From: Vulcanimicrobiota bacterium
GTDB taxonomy: Bacteria > Vulcanimicrobiota > Vulcanimicrobiia > Vulcanimicrobiales > Vulcanimicrobiaceae
Direction: 5' to 3'
Assembly: GCA_963777315.1 (NCBI GenBank)
Contig: CAVZQC010000004.1
Coordinates: 224,001 to 288,000 of the forward strand
Length of the DNA stretch: 64,000 nt
Below the pieces are notes generated by a model that saw only the letters and a program-made list of their open reading frames with translations, did not search any database and was not told where the DNA came from. Each line of letters begins with the position of its first letter. The first letter of the stretch is position 1. Shown in pieces: positions 9,973 through 22,084 of this stretch. The position numbers and the translations under genes were made by a program.

Positions 9973-10887
9973 ATGAATACCCACGATCGCATCGGCATCG
10001 TCGGCACGGGCCGCATGGGCGCGAATATCGCCAGGCGCCTCAAAGACGTGGGATATGCGATTAGCGCCTTGTACGACGTTCGCTCCGAGAGCGCGCAGGA
10101 AATCGCGCGGGAAACGGGCGGCGAGGCCAGCGCGACGCTCGCGCGCGTCACCGAGCTGAGCGAGGTCATCGTAACGGTCGTTAGCGACGACGCCGCAATG
10201 TACGAGGTCTTCGCTGAATCGGGCGATTCATTGCTTGAGAATGTCCGCGGAAAATATTTCATCAACTGCGCAACGATATCGCCGCACGTTCATGTCGACG
10301 TTCAACGCTTGTGCGAAGAGCGCGGAGCGCACTCGATTGAAGCCTGCATGGCAAGCTCGATTCCGCAAGCGCGCCAGGGCACGCTCTACCTGATGTGCGC
10401 AGGGCGAAAGGAAGATTTCGAGCACGTACGTCCGCTGCTTGAAAGCATGAGCTCGTCGCTGCGTTACATCGGCGCGGCGGGCACGGCGGCGCAAGTCAAA
10501 GCCTTGGTCAACATGGTGATGAACGTCAACACCGCCGGACTTGCCGAAGGCCTGGGGTTAGGCGATGCGCTCGGCCTGGATTTGACGATGCTGCGCGAAG
10601 TGTTCGCTCAAACCGGTGCCGCCTCGCGCGTGCTGGAAACCGACGGCGCCGACATGCAGAACCGCGATCACGAATGTTATTTTTCCGCGGCGCACGCCGC
10701 CAAAGATTCGGGTATCGCGGTCGCGCTGGCCGGCCGGCTCGGCCTGGACGTGCCGCTGGCCCAATCCACGCGCGATCAGTACGAGCGGATGAAAGGCGCC
10801 GGACTTGGCGAACTGGATAAATCCGCGGTGTCGGAGTTGACGTTCACACAACGCCGCCCGCTCGCAACGCAAGAAAGGACCTCATGA
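9973..10887 (+). CDS. NAD(P)-dependent oxidoreductase, 3-hydroxyisobutyrate/6-phosphogluconate dehydrogenase family
   Basis: IGIVGTGRMGANIA Rossmann motif; catalytic Lys in VKALVN; AAKDSGIA. Confidence 0.88.
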   Translation: MNTHDRIGIVGTGRMGANIARRLKDVGYAISALYDVRSESAQEIARETGGEASATLARVTELSEVIVTVVSDDAAMYEVFAESGDSLLENVRGKYFINCATISPHVHVDVQRLCEERGAHSIEACMASSIPQARQGTLYLMCAGRKEDFEHVRPLLESMSSSLRYIGAAGTAAQVKALVNMVMNVNTAGLAEGLGLGDALGLDLTMLREVFAQTGAASRVLETDGADMQNRDHECYFSAAHAAKDSGIAVALAGRLGLDVPLAQSTRDQYERMKGAGLGELDKSAVSELTFTQRRPLATQERTS

Positions 10888-11354
10888 TGATGACAACCGG
10901 CGACAAAGTCGTCCCGATCATCAGTTCCCTGACCGTAGGACCGCTGGGCGTACCGCAACTGCCTCGTCTATGGACGAAACTCACATTGGCCGCGGCGGGA
11001 CGCTTGCCGGAGGGCTACTCCGAGTGCGGACAAGGCTTCGATCAAATGGTCCTGACGAATCTGCACTTGAATCGCGACGAAGTCGTTCAATACGTCCGTG
11101 AGAACAAGCCGACGTACGTCGAGTTCGAGCAATGGGTGCTGGATAAGAACAACGGACGCATCGACCCGCAAGACGTCGCAAACATCGATCGGTCTATCCG
11201 CGAATACCGGCACAGGGACGAATTGAGTCAGTCGATCCGCACCTCGTGCGGCATAACGGACGCGGGCGTCAAAGACGGCGCAACGCTCAATCTGTTGGAA
11301 GACTTGAACGATCTGCACGCCCAGACCACCGGAAAGCAGGCGGCCAGGCAGTAA
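10884..11354 (+). CDS. DUF5069-like protein
   Basis: VPIISS..GPLGVxQLPRLWxK...GFDQMVL...KPTYxEFEQWV pattern; SD AAGGA; ATGA overlap with the dehydrogenase. Confidence 0.7.
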   Translation: MMMTTGDKVVPIISSLTVGPLGVPQLPRLWTKLTLAAAGRLPEGYSECGQGFDQMVLTNLHLNRDEVVQYVRENKPTYVEFEQWVLDKNNGRIDPQDVANIDRSIREYRHRDELSQSIRTSCGITDAGVKDGATLNLLEDLNDLHAQTTGKQAARQ

Positions 11355-11371
11355 GCGCGTATAGCCTGCGC

Positions 11372-12190
11372 GTGATACATACCGAAGAACGTATCAGGCT
11401 CGACGACGGCGCCGAAACGATTCTCGAGCGATGGGGTTCGAGCGGCCCCGTGTTTTTGTGCGTGCACGGTATGACCAGCTCGCGCAAATCGTGGGAGCGG
11501 TTTGCCCTGCATTACGCCGAGCGAGCGCGCATCTATGCCTACGATCAGCGCGGCCACGGCGATTCGGCGAACGTGAGCGGCCCGATGATGCTGCATCGCG
11601 CGCTGCTGGATTTGTACAACGTCATGGATGCGCTGCCCGAGCCGGTAGATACGCTGGCCGGCCATTCTTGGGGCGGCGCGGTGGCGATTTTGGGAGGCAG
11701 GCGTTTCGACGTGACCGGCGTGGTCGCGGTCGACCCGATGATTCGGCAAGCCGACAACCCCTGGTACGATGAGTTTCTTGCCGAGCTCAAAGCGCTCTTC
11801 GCGCACAAAGGCGCAGCGCGAGACGCCAAAGTCGAGCAAGACTACGGTAAACTGGGCTGGGGACGCATCGACGTCGAGCGCAAAAAGCATGCGGTTCGCA
11901 ACATGACGGCGCTTCCCATAGAGCGGCTGCGCGACGAAAATCCGCCCGAAACCTGGGACCTGCGCCGCGATCTGGACGAATATCCCAAACCGCTGTTGCT
12001 CGCAGTTGCCGATCCGTCCGGCAGCGTCGTGACCCTCGAGGATCTCAAATACGTGCGCGAGCACGGGGGCCCGAACGTCGCCATCCGCGTGTTCGAAGAC
12101 CAAGGTCACAACCTTCACCGAACCGCGTTCGACCGCTTCGTTGGGGAAGTCGACGTTTTTCTGGAACGCACGGTGCCCTTATCGTCCTAG
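11372..12190 (+). CDS. alpha/beta fold hydrolase
   Basis: CVHG, DQRGHG, nucleophile GHSWGG, catalytic His in QGHNLH; start estimated at GTG 11372. Confidence 0.9.
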   Translation: MIHTEERIRLDDGAETILERWGSSGPVFLCVHGMTSSRKSWERFALHYAERARIYAYDQRGHGDSANVSGPMMLHRALLDLYNVMDALPEPVDTLAGHSWGGAVAILGGRRFDVTGVVAVDPMIRQADNPWYDEFLAELKALFAHKGAARDAKVEQDYGKLGWGRIDVERKKHAVRNMTALPIERLRDENPPETWDLRRDLDEYPKPLLLAVADPSGSVVTLEDLKYVREHGGPNVAIRVFEDQGHNLHRTAFDRFVGEVDVFLERTVPLSS

Positions 12191-12211
12191 GCGGCAGCCA
12201 AGCAGCCGAAC

Positions 12212-12240
12212 TTGCATGGCAGGGCGGCGCGCTGTACAAT
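12212..12240 (+). promoter_or_regulatory. sigma70/sigmaA-like promoter for rpoC
   Basis: TTGCAT (12212-12217), 17-nt spacer, TACAAT (12235-12240). Confidence 0.7.
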
Positions 12241-12405
12241 ATCCGCCTGTGCCCCGCACCCGATAAATAGACGTCCGACGGCCCGCATGCGGGTCTATCG
12301 GAGTTTCGGCCGGCCTATGGCAACGGTGGGACCCCTTACGTGACCACGTGAGATGAGGCGCCCTGCGTAAGCTGCGGACGGTGGCGGCGGCCTCGGGAAG
12401 ATACA

Positions 12406-16236
<3,831 letters not shown>

Positions 16237-16246
16237 AAACTTCGTT

Positions 16247-16271
16247 ACCCTGAGCCTTCAAGGCTCAGGGT
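16247..16271 (+). terminator. perfect inverted repeat after rpoC (terminator or REP-like hairpin)
   Basis: ACCCTGAGCCTT-C-AAGGCTCAGGGT, 10 nt after the rpoC stop; no U-tract. Confidence 0.55.
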
Positions 16272-16292
16272 GGCGGGGGGAACGACGCGGCA

Positions 16293-16628
16293 ATGATCGT
16301 AAGTTGCATTCGTATGGTGCACCTCTCGCCGGCGCCGGCAGTGTCCGCGTCGCCGCAGCCCTGCTATCGCGACGCAAAACCAACATACATCTCCGAGCCG
16401 ATCTATCCGCGCGGGTACTATCCCGACAAGGCGGACGTCACGGTCCGCTTGGTGATCGGTCCCGACGGTAACTTGTCGGGCGGCGGCGTCTTGCAATCCA
16501 GCGGCATCGCCGCCTTCGATGCCTCGGCCATTCAAGCGGCCGAATTATCGCGCTTCGAACCGAAGATCGTCGATTGCAAACCGGTCACGGCGACGTACCT
16601 TTTCCGCGTGACCTTCCGGCCCCGTTAG
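16293..16628 (+). CDS. TonB C-terminal domain protein
   Basis: PIYP, VTVRLVIGPDG, QSSGIAAFDASAIQAA, RFEP motifs. Confidence 0.8.
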   Translation: MIVSCIRMVHLSPAPAVSASPQPCYRDAKPTYISEPIYPRGYYPDKADVTVRLVIGPDGNLSGGGVLQSSGIAAFDASAIQAAELSRFEPKIVDCKPVTATYLFRVTFRPR

Positions 16629-16631
16629 ACG

Positions 16632-17336
16632 CTAACTCGTCAGCGCGATGCGAATCGCGTGCCCCATCCACAACGCGCTGATCAGTCCGGCAATCAGCAT
16701 CAGAACGGTGAACATGACCGGCGAGGCGCCTAAAACGAACGCGATGCTCATCGTGAACGCCATGAATACGCGCAAAGCGAATTCGGCCAGCAGCAGCGCG
16801 CCCCAGCAGAGCGTCAATGTTCGAATGCCGCGCCGGAAATAGGACGACCGCCAGAGCACTTCAAAACGTCCCGCGGGCAGCGCCTCATTGGCGGTGAGGA
16901 ATTCGCGAACGATGTAATATCCCAGCGGCTTTTTGAACAGCAGCGGCGATATCAGCAGCACCAAACCCAAAATTCCCGTTACGAACGATTCGCGCACGAG
17001 CAGCAGCCGCTGCCCTCCTCCCAGAAGCGCGCCCACGACGCCCGCGATCAAGCCCACGAGCACGATGAGGCCGACGATGTCGAAGCTGCGCCGCCGCACG
17101 AAATTCAATACGTTGGAAATGACGGGAACGAGCGAGGCGCCCAGCAGCGGCAGCACGCTCGTTTTGGCAAAATGCGGAAGCAGCAAGTAATAGACGAGCA
17201 TCGTTCCGCCGACGTCCAAAATCAGCGTGGGGATGAGAGCCCGAAAGCTCGCCAAGAGAAACCGCTGCGGCGCTTTGGCCGCTTCGTGCGGGTCTTCTAC
17301 GGGCGGTTCGGGCGGCGCAGTCGGCGGTGAAGTCAT
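16632..17336 (-). CDS. VC0807-like integral membrane protein
   Basis: Six hydrophobic segments; LLLVRESFVTG, KPLGYY, FRRGIRTLTLCWG pattern. Confidence 0.7.
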   Translation of the reverse strand: MTSPPTAPPEPPVEDPHEAAKAPQRFLLASFRALIPTLILDVGGTMLVYYLLLPHFAKTSVLPLLGASLVPVISNVLNFVRRRSFDIVGLIVLVGLIAGVVGALLGGGQRLLLVRESFVTGILGLVLLISPLLFKKPLGYYIVREFLTANEALPAGRFEVLWRSSYFRRGIRTLTLCWGALLLAEFALRVFMAFTMSIAFVLGASPVMFTVLMLIAGLISALWMGHAIRIALTS

Positions 17337-17389
17337 GCGATCCGGTTCACGCTGCAGCTGTTGAGCATCGTCGCGGCACGGTCCTGTGT

Positions 17390-18421
17390 TTATGGCGGTA
17401 TGAAGAATAGACCGATAATGCCGACGCCGTAAAGAACCAGAACCAGAATCGAATCGAGTCCTGCGCCGAGCAGCATCTTGGTGGATCGCAGAATGACGCC
17501 CACGCAGTATACGGCCGTCAGCAGCGCGCCCAGGGCGGTCAAGTACAGATCCGGTCCCTTCGCGTCGGGCAACAGCGCCTGTCCGCTCAGCAGCGTTCCA
17601 AAGAGAAACAGCACCGGCAAAAATGCATTGCCGCCGACGATATCGCTCATCGCGAGCTCGTACCGCCCCGCGCGTACGGCGTACAGACCGGTCGTCACCT
17701 CAGGCAGCGCCGTAACTGCCGAGAGCACCGTTGCACCGAACAATATGCCCTGGAAGTGAATCCGATCCGCCAGCACGGCACTGCACAGCTCCAATCCGGC
17801 GCCGGCGGCCAGCGTGGCGAGCGCTGCGATGCCGAACAGCGCGAACACCGTACCGATCGAGCGTCGCTGCGGGTGTACGGCCGGGGCCGCCTCGGCAATT
17901 TCCTCGCGGGCAACGCGCCAGGCTTTGCGCTCTTCGTTGTGGCTGACGATCCAAAGACCGGCAATCCACGTGAGCAGAATGGCGATTTCCGCCGGCGTCA
18001 TGCGCGCGAAGATCAGCGATCGCGGCGAAAGTGCTCCCAAAATGCAGAACATCAGGATCGCGACCAGCACGAGTCCTTCCAGCACGATCGTCAATGACGA
18101 AACGGTCGCGGTGAGCGGACGTTTTCCGCGCAGTCCCGGTCCGTCGAGCAAGACCAGAACGACCGTTTGAATCGCGATGCCGCCCAAGATATTGCCGACC
18201 GCAACCGACAGACTGTGACTGAACACGGATCCGGCAACGATTGCGACCTCGGGCAGATTGGTCGCGATTGCCAGCAGCAGCGCGCCGCCCATTCCTTCGC
18301 CCCAGCCGAAATGCGCGTCGATCGCGTCGGTCGTTGAAGAGAGTATGCTGCCGGCCCACCAGACGAGGGCGCCGGCACACGCAAACAGCCCCACGATGAC
18401 CCATGTGGCGAGCCCCGACAC
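17390..18421 (-). CDS. cation/Ca2+ exchanger (CaCA, YrbG-like sodium:calcium antiporter)
   Basis: Two alpha repeats: LLAIATNLPE...GNILGG and SAVTALPE...SDIVGGN. Confidence 0.85.
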   Translation of the reverse strand: MSGLATWVIVGLFACAGALVWWAGSILSSTTDAIDAHFGWGEGMGGALLLAIATNLPEVAIVAGSVFSHSLSVAVGNILGGIAIQTVVLVLLDGPGLRGKRPLTATVSSLTIVLEGLVLVAILMFCILGALSPRSLIFARMTPAEIAILLTWIAGLWIVSHNEERKAWRVAREEIAEAAPAVHPQRRSIGTVFALFGIAALATLAAGAGLELCSAVLADRIHFQGILFGATVLSAVTALPEVTTGLYAVRAGRYELAMSDIVGGNAFLPVLFLFGTLLSGQALLPDAKGPDLYLTALGALLTAVYCVGVILRSTKMLLGAGLDSILVLVLYGVGIIGLFFIPP

Positions 18422-18427
18422 GCGCGA

Positions 18428-19417
18428 TCAGCGCCAGAAGCGATACAGATACGCGCTGACGGCGAGATTGGCGCCGAACACCCCCATGATGCCGTAGCCC
18501 AAGGTCGAGAACGACAGCCATCCCGTCATCGCCGAAAGCGGCGAAGCGCCCATCCGCATGCCGATTGCCGCCAATGCTTCCGCGCCGCCGATGAATAGCG
18601 CGATCACGATGGACAGCAGCGTCATATTGAAATTGTAGAACAGTTTGCGGGCCGGTTGGACGTACGCCCAGCCGTACGCGCCGAGCATGGCCACACCTTC
18701 GGTCGTGTCGACGAGCGACATTCCGGCGACGAAGAGCGCGGGAAGCAATAAGATGTACGTGACGGGCATGCCTCCCGCGCCGGAGGCAGCCGAGATCCCC
18801 AGCAGCGCTATCTCGGTCGCCGTATCGAATCCCAGTCCGAATAAAATCCCCAGCGGGTACATGTGCCAGCTTTGCGTTACGAGACGCAATGCGGGCCGCA
18901 GGAGGCGCGCGAGCAGACCGCCGCCCGTATTGAACTCGACTTCTTTTTCTGTGCCGCCTTTGCCGCGAACGAGCTCGAGCAACACCACGACGTTCGCGCC
19001 GGCAATCGCAAGCAAAAACAAAGCGGAAACCGACGTGCCGACGATTGCGCCGACCGATTGCAAGCCCGGTAAGTGCCCCTTGAGGGCGACGCCGAACGCG
19101 GCTACGATTGCGCTTAACACGAACACGATCGTCGAGTGTCCGAGCGAAAAGAAAAAGCCGACGGCGACCGGACGCTGGCCGGCGTGCATGAGTTTGCGCG
19201 TGGTCGAGTCGATGGCTGCGATGTGATCGGGATCGACCGCGTGCCGCAATCCCAGCACGTACGCGGTCACACCCAGCGCCAGCAGCAACGGGTATCGCTG
19301 CGCGGCTGCAATGAGCGCGATCCATGCACCGCCGTTCAGGAGCGCCAGTATCGCGTAAACCGCGATTAAACGAGCACGCGTTTGTGCGCTATGCGCCGGT
19401 CCAAAAAATCGATCCAC
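18428..19417 (-). CDS. hoxN: high-affinity nickel/cobalt permease (NiCoT, HoxN/NixA family)
   Basis: GLRHAVDPDHIAAID, FFSLGHST, LFGLGFDTATE signatures; start uncertain (overlaps the hypB end). Confidence 0.92.
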   Translation of the reverse strand: MDRFFGPAHSAQTRARLIAVYAILALLNGGAWIALIAAAQRYPLLLALGVTAYVLGLRHAVDPDHIAAIDSTTRKLMHAGQRPVAVGFFFSLGHSTIVFVLSAIVAAFGVALKGHLPGLQSVGAIVGTSVSALFLLAIAGANVVVLLELVRGKGGTEKEVEFNTGGGLLARLLRPALRLVTQSWHMYPLGILFGLGFDTATEIALLGISAASGAGGMPVTYILLLPALFVAGMSLVDTTEGVAMLGAYGWAYVQPARKLFYNFNMTLLSIVIALFIGGAEALAAIGMRMGASPLSAMTGWLSFSTLGYGIMGVFGANLAVSAYLYRFWR

Positions 19418-20037
19418 TCATCTACGCCCTCGCCGGTTCTGGTTGAAAGTTCCAGAACGGGCAGCTCCGGGTTGACGCGCGCGATGTTGGCCAGCGCCGC
19501 GGCGCGGTCGAAGGCCGTGGCGGCGGCCAAATCGGTCTTTGAAATCACGGCGACATGCGAAGTATTGAACGCCAGCGGGTACTTCAAGGGCTTGTCTTCG
19601 CCCTCGGTGACCGAGAAAAGCACGACGCGCAGATCTTCGCCCAAATCGTACTCTGCAGGACAAATCAGATTTCCTACGTTTTCAATTGCCAGCAGGTCGA
19701 CGTCGCCGGTGACGAAGTCTTCGAGCGCGGCGGTGATCATCTGCGCGTCGAGCCGGCATTCCGCCCCGGTGGATATTTGCTTGACCGGCGCCCCGCTACG
19801 CGCCAGGCGCAGAGCGTCGTTTTCGGTGGCTTGGTCGCCGACGAGCGCCGCCACGCGATAACGCGCGCTAAGCCGGCGCAGCGTTTCCTCGATCAGCGCG
19901 GTCTTTCCCGAGCCGGGGCTGGACAGCGCGTTGAGAACGTAGGTTCCTTTTTGCGCGAACCGCCCGCGCAGTTCATGCGCCAGCGTGCTGTTCTTGCGAA
20001 GAATGCTCTGCTGCACTTGCACCAGCCGCAGCGTCAT
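19366..20037 (-). CDS. hypB: hydrogenase nickel incorporation GTPase HypB
   Basis: SSPGSGKT, ENVGNLICPA, SVTEGEDKPLKYP; short form without a His-rich N-terminus. Confidence 0.95.
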   Translation of the reverse strand: MTLRLVQVQQSILRKNSTLAHELRGRFAQKGTYVLNALSSPGSGKTALIEETLRRLSARYRVAALVGDQATENDALRLARSGAPVKQISTGAECRLDAQMITAALEDFVTGDVDLLAIENVGNLICPAEYDLGEDLRVVLFSVTEGEDKPLKYPLAFNTSHVAVISKTDLAAATAFDRAAALANIARVNPELPVLELSTRTGEGVDEWIDFLDRRIAHKRVLV

Positions 20038-20380
20038 AAATCACCTCCATTGCCGTAATGTGCAGTTCGCGGCCGCGCGTGATGACGGAAGACGAGGTCC
20101 CGCACACCGGGCAAACCGGAATCGTCCCGTTCGCGACGGTGCGCTCTAAACCGCACGGCGCGCACGATATCGCCAAAGGCACGTGCTCGATGTGCAGTGC
20201 AGCGCCTTGAGCTGGCGTGCCGTCTATTGCTAAATCCCATGCAAAGGTAAGCGCGTCCGGCACGACGCTCGTGAGTACGCCCACCTGCAGGTAGACTTCG
20301 CACACGCGCTCGATGCGCGCGCGTGCCGCTTGCTCGCAAACCTCCTCGGCAATTGCCAATGCAATTGAGGCCTCATGCAC
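19973..20380 (-). CDS. hypA: hydrogenase maturation nickel metallochaperone HypA
   Basis: (M)HEASIA from GTG 20380; CAPC and CPVC Zn motifs; GREL; C-terminal tail overlaps hypB. Confidence 0.93.
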   Translation of the reverse strand: MHEASIALAIAEEVCEQAARARIERVCEVYLQVGVLTSVVPDALTFAWDLAIDGTPAQGAALHIEHVPLAISCAPCGLERTVANGTIPVCPVCGTSSSVITRGRELHITAMEVIYDAAAGASAAEHSSQEQHAGA

Positions 20381-20389
20381 GCCTGCACT

Positions 20390-20479
20390 ATTCCCAAATA
20401 AACAGCGAGCCCATCCAAAGGATGTTTTTCCGTATGCGGAAAGGTTGCAAACAAAGTTGGGTAAGGACAACGCAGGAGG
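20390..20479. promoter_or_regulatory. divergent promoter/operator region of the hydrogenase locus
   Basis: AT-rich gap with palindromes CATCC-AAA-GGATG (20412-20424) and TTTCCG-TATG-CGGAAA (20427-20442), GGGAAT on the minus strand (20390-20395), GGGTAA on the plus strand (20459-20464), SD AGGAGG (20474-20479). Confidence 0.6.
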
Positions 20480-20486
20480 TGGCGCT

Positions 20487-20972
20487 ATGGCAGACGCCGT
20501 GAGCGTATTAAAGGAGCAGCACGTTGAAGTCGACGGTCTCATGATGAAGATCGAGCGCGTGCAGGATCCCACGCTGCGGTCGCAAGTTTTTCGCACCATC
20601 GACACCAACCTGCGCAACCACGCGCACATCGAAGAAACGATCTTCTATCCGGAGTTCAAAAAGCGTGCGCGCAATCACTCGCAAAGTGAAGAGGTCGACG
20701 AGAGCCTGGAGGAGCACGCCGAGGTAAAGGCCACGCTCGAAGCGCTCGAAAAGACGGACCCGCGCGACCAATCATTTGTAGCGGGACTGCAAAAGCTCAA
20801 GCGGCTCGTCAAGCACCACGTCGACGAAGAAGAGCACGGCATGCTGCGCCAAGCGCCCAAAATTTTCAGCACGCGCGAGCTCGACGACATGGGCTTTCTC
20901 ATGGAGGAAGCTTTACGGCAAGCGTCGCCCGTCTACGAGATGAGCGGCCCTGCGCCACCCCAGCGTTCGTAA
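20487..20972 (+). CDS. hemerythrin (HHE cation-binding) domain protein
   Basis: H / HxxxE (HAHIEETIFYP) / H / HxxxE (HHVDEEE) ligand pattern; strong SD. Confidence 0.88.
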   Translation: MADAVSVLKEQHVEVDGLMMKIERVQDPTLRSQVFRTIDTNLRNHAHIEETIFYPEFKKRARNHSQSEEVDESLEEHAEVKATLEALEKTDPRDQSFVAGLQKLKRLVKHHVDEEEHGMLRQAPKIFSTRELDDMGFLMEEALRQASPVYEMSGPAPPQRS

Positions 20973-21011
20973 GATCGGGATCGATTCTCCAACTCACACC
21001 GGAGGCCGCCA

Positions 21012-22046
21012 ATGCCAAAAACACTTCCTCCCGTTCCGGAAATCAATCTGCTGTGGATCAACGCAGGCTTGAGCTGCGACGGCGACTCGGTTTCGCTGAC
21101 CAACGCAACGCTGCCCAGCGTTGAAGAGATGGTCATGGGCGCGATCCCGGGCCTTCCCAAGCTCAACGTGTATTGGCCGATCGTGGCATACGAAGTCGGC
21201 AGCGACTTCATGCAGGCGTTCTTCAAGGCCGAACGCGGCGAAATGGATCCGTTCGTTTTGGTCGTCGAAGGTTCCATCCCCAACGAAAAAATCAAGAGCG
21301 AGGGCTACTGGTCCGGATTCGGCAACGACCCGGCTACCGGGCAGCCGATCACGGTTTCCGAATGGCTCGATCGGTTGGCACCCAAAGCGCTCGCGGTTCT
21401 CGCGGCCGGAACGTGCGCCACGTACGGCGGCATTCATGCGATGTACGGCAATCCGACGGGCGCGATGGGCGTGCCCGACTATTTGGGCTGGGACTGGAAA
21501 TCGATTGCGGGCGTACCGGTGATCTGCGTTCCGGGCTGCCCGGTGCAGCCCGACAATTTGGCCGAAACGCTGCTGCACGTTTTACGCATGGCCGGCGGCA
21601 AGGCGCCGCTGATTCCGCTCGACGAAATGCTGCGGCCGAAGTGGCTGTTCGACAAAACGGTGCACGAGGGCTGCGATCGCGCGGGCTTCTACGAAGAAGG
21701 CAATTTCGCAAACGAATACGGTTCGCCGAAATGCTTGGTGAAGATCGGCTGCTGGGGGCCGGTGGTCAAATGCAACGTTCCCAAGCGGGGCTGGATGGAC
21801 GGCATAGGCGGCTGTCCGAACGTGGGCGGCATTTGCATGGCATGCACCATGCCCGGATTCCCCGACAAATACATGCCGTTCATGGATGAGCCTCCGGGCG
21901 CAACGCTTTCGACCACGCTGGTCACCGGTTACGGCCGGTTCATCCGCACGATGCGCAGCTCGACGATCCATACCGGCGACAAGGAGCCCAAGTGGCGCCA
22001 TAAGGGCGACGTCCTCACCACGGGATACCAGCCCAAAGCCTACTGA
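21012..22046 (+). CDS. hhyS: group 1h [NiFe]-hydrogenase small subunit
   Basis: WINAGLSCDGDS (Asp replacing the second Cys), GTCATYGG, PGCP, HEGCDR, GCWGP, GGICMACTMPGFPD; no Tat signal. Confidence 0.93.
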   Translation: MPKTLPPVPEINLLWINAGLSCDGDSVSLTNATLPSVEEMVMGAIPGLPKLNVYWPIVAYEVGSDFMQAFFKAERGEMDPFVLVVEGSIPNEKIKSEGYWSGFGNDPATGQPITVSEWLDRLAPKALAVLAAGTCATYGGIHAMYGNPTGAMGVPDYLGWDWKSIAGVPVICVPGCPVQPDNLAETLLHVLRMAGGKAPLIPLDEMLRPKWLFDKTVHEGCDRAGFYEEGNFANEYGSPKCLVKIGCWGPVVKCNVPKRGWMDGIGGCPNVGGICMACTMPGFPDKYMPFMDEPPGATLSTTLVTGYGRFIRTMRSSTIHTGDKEPKWRHKGDVLTTGYQPKAY

Positions 22047-22084
22047 TTTTTCTCGCTTTCGCTTAAAGACAACGGGGAGCCGCC

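Noticed and set aside
9709..10265. Long 5' extensions given by the ORF track (also 1833, 20313, 20629, 23652, 28547, 31496, 39621, 46332, 46921)
   Set aside because: They overlap neighbouring real genes; starts were reset to where family homology or signal peptides begin.
17700..19325. 541-aa Arg-rich alternative-frame ORF
   Set aside because: Off-frame overlap of the NiCoT and CaCA genes, which carry clear signatures.
21012..21120. Tat signal or membrane-bound group 1 hydrogenase
   Set aside because: No RRxFxK motif and no cytochrome b gene; motifs fit group 1h.
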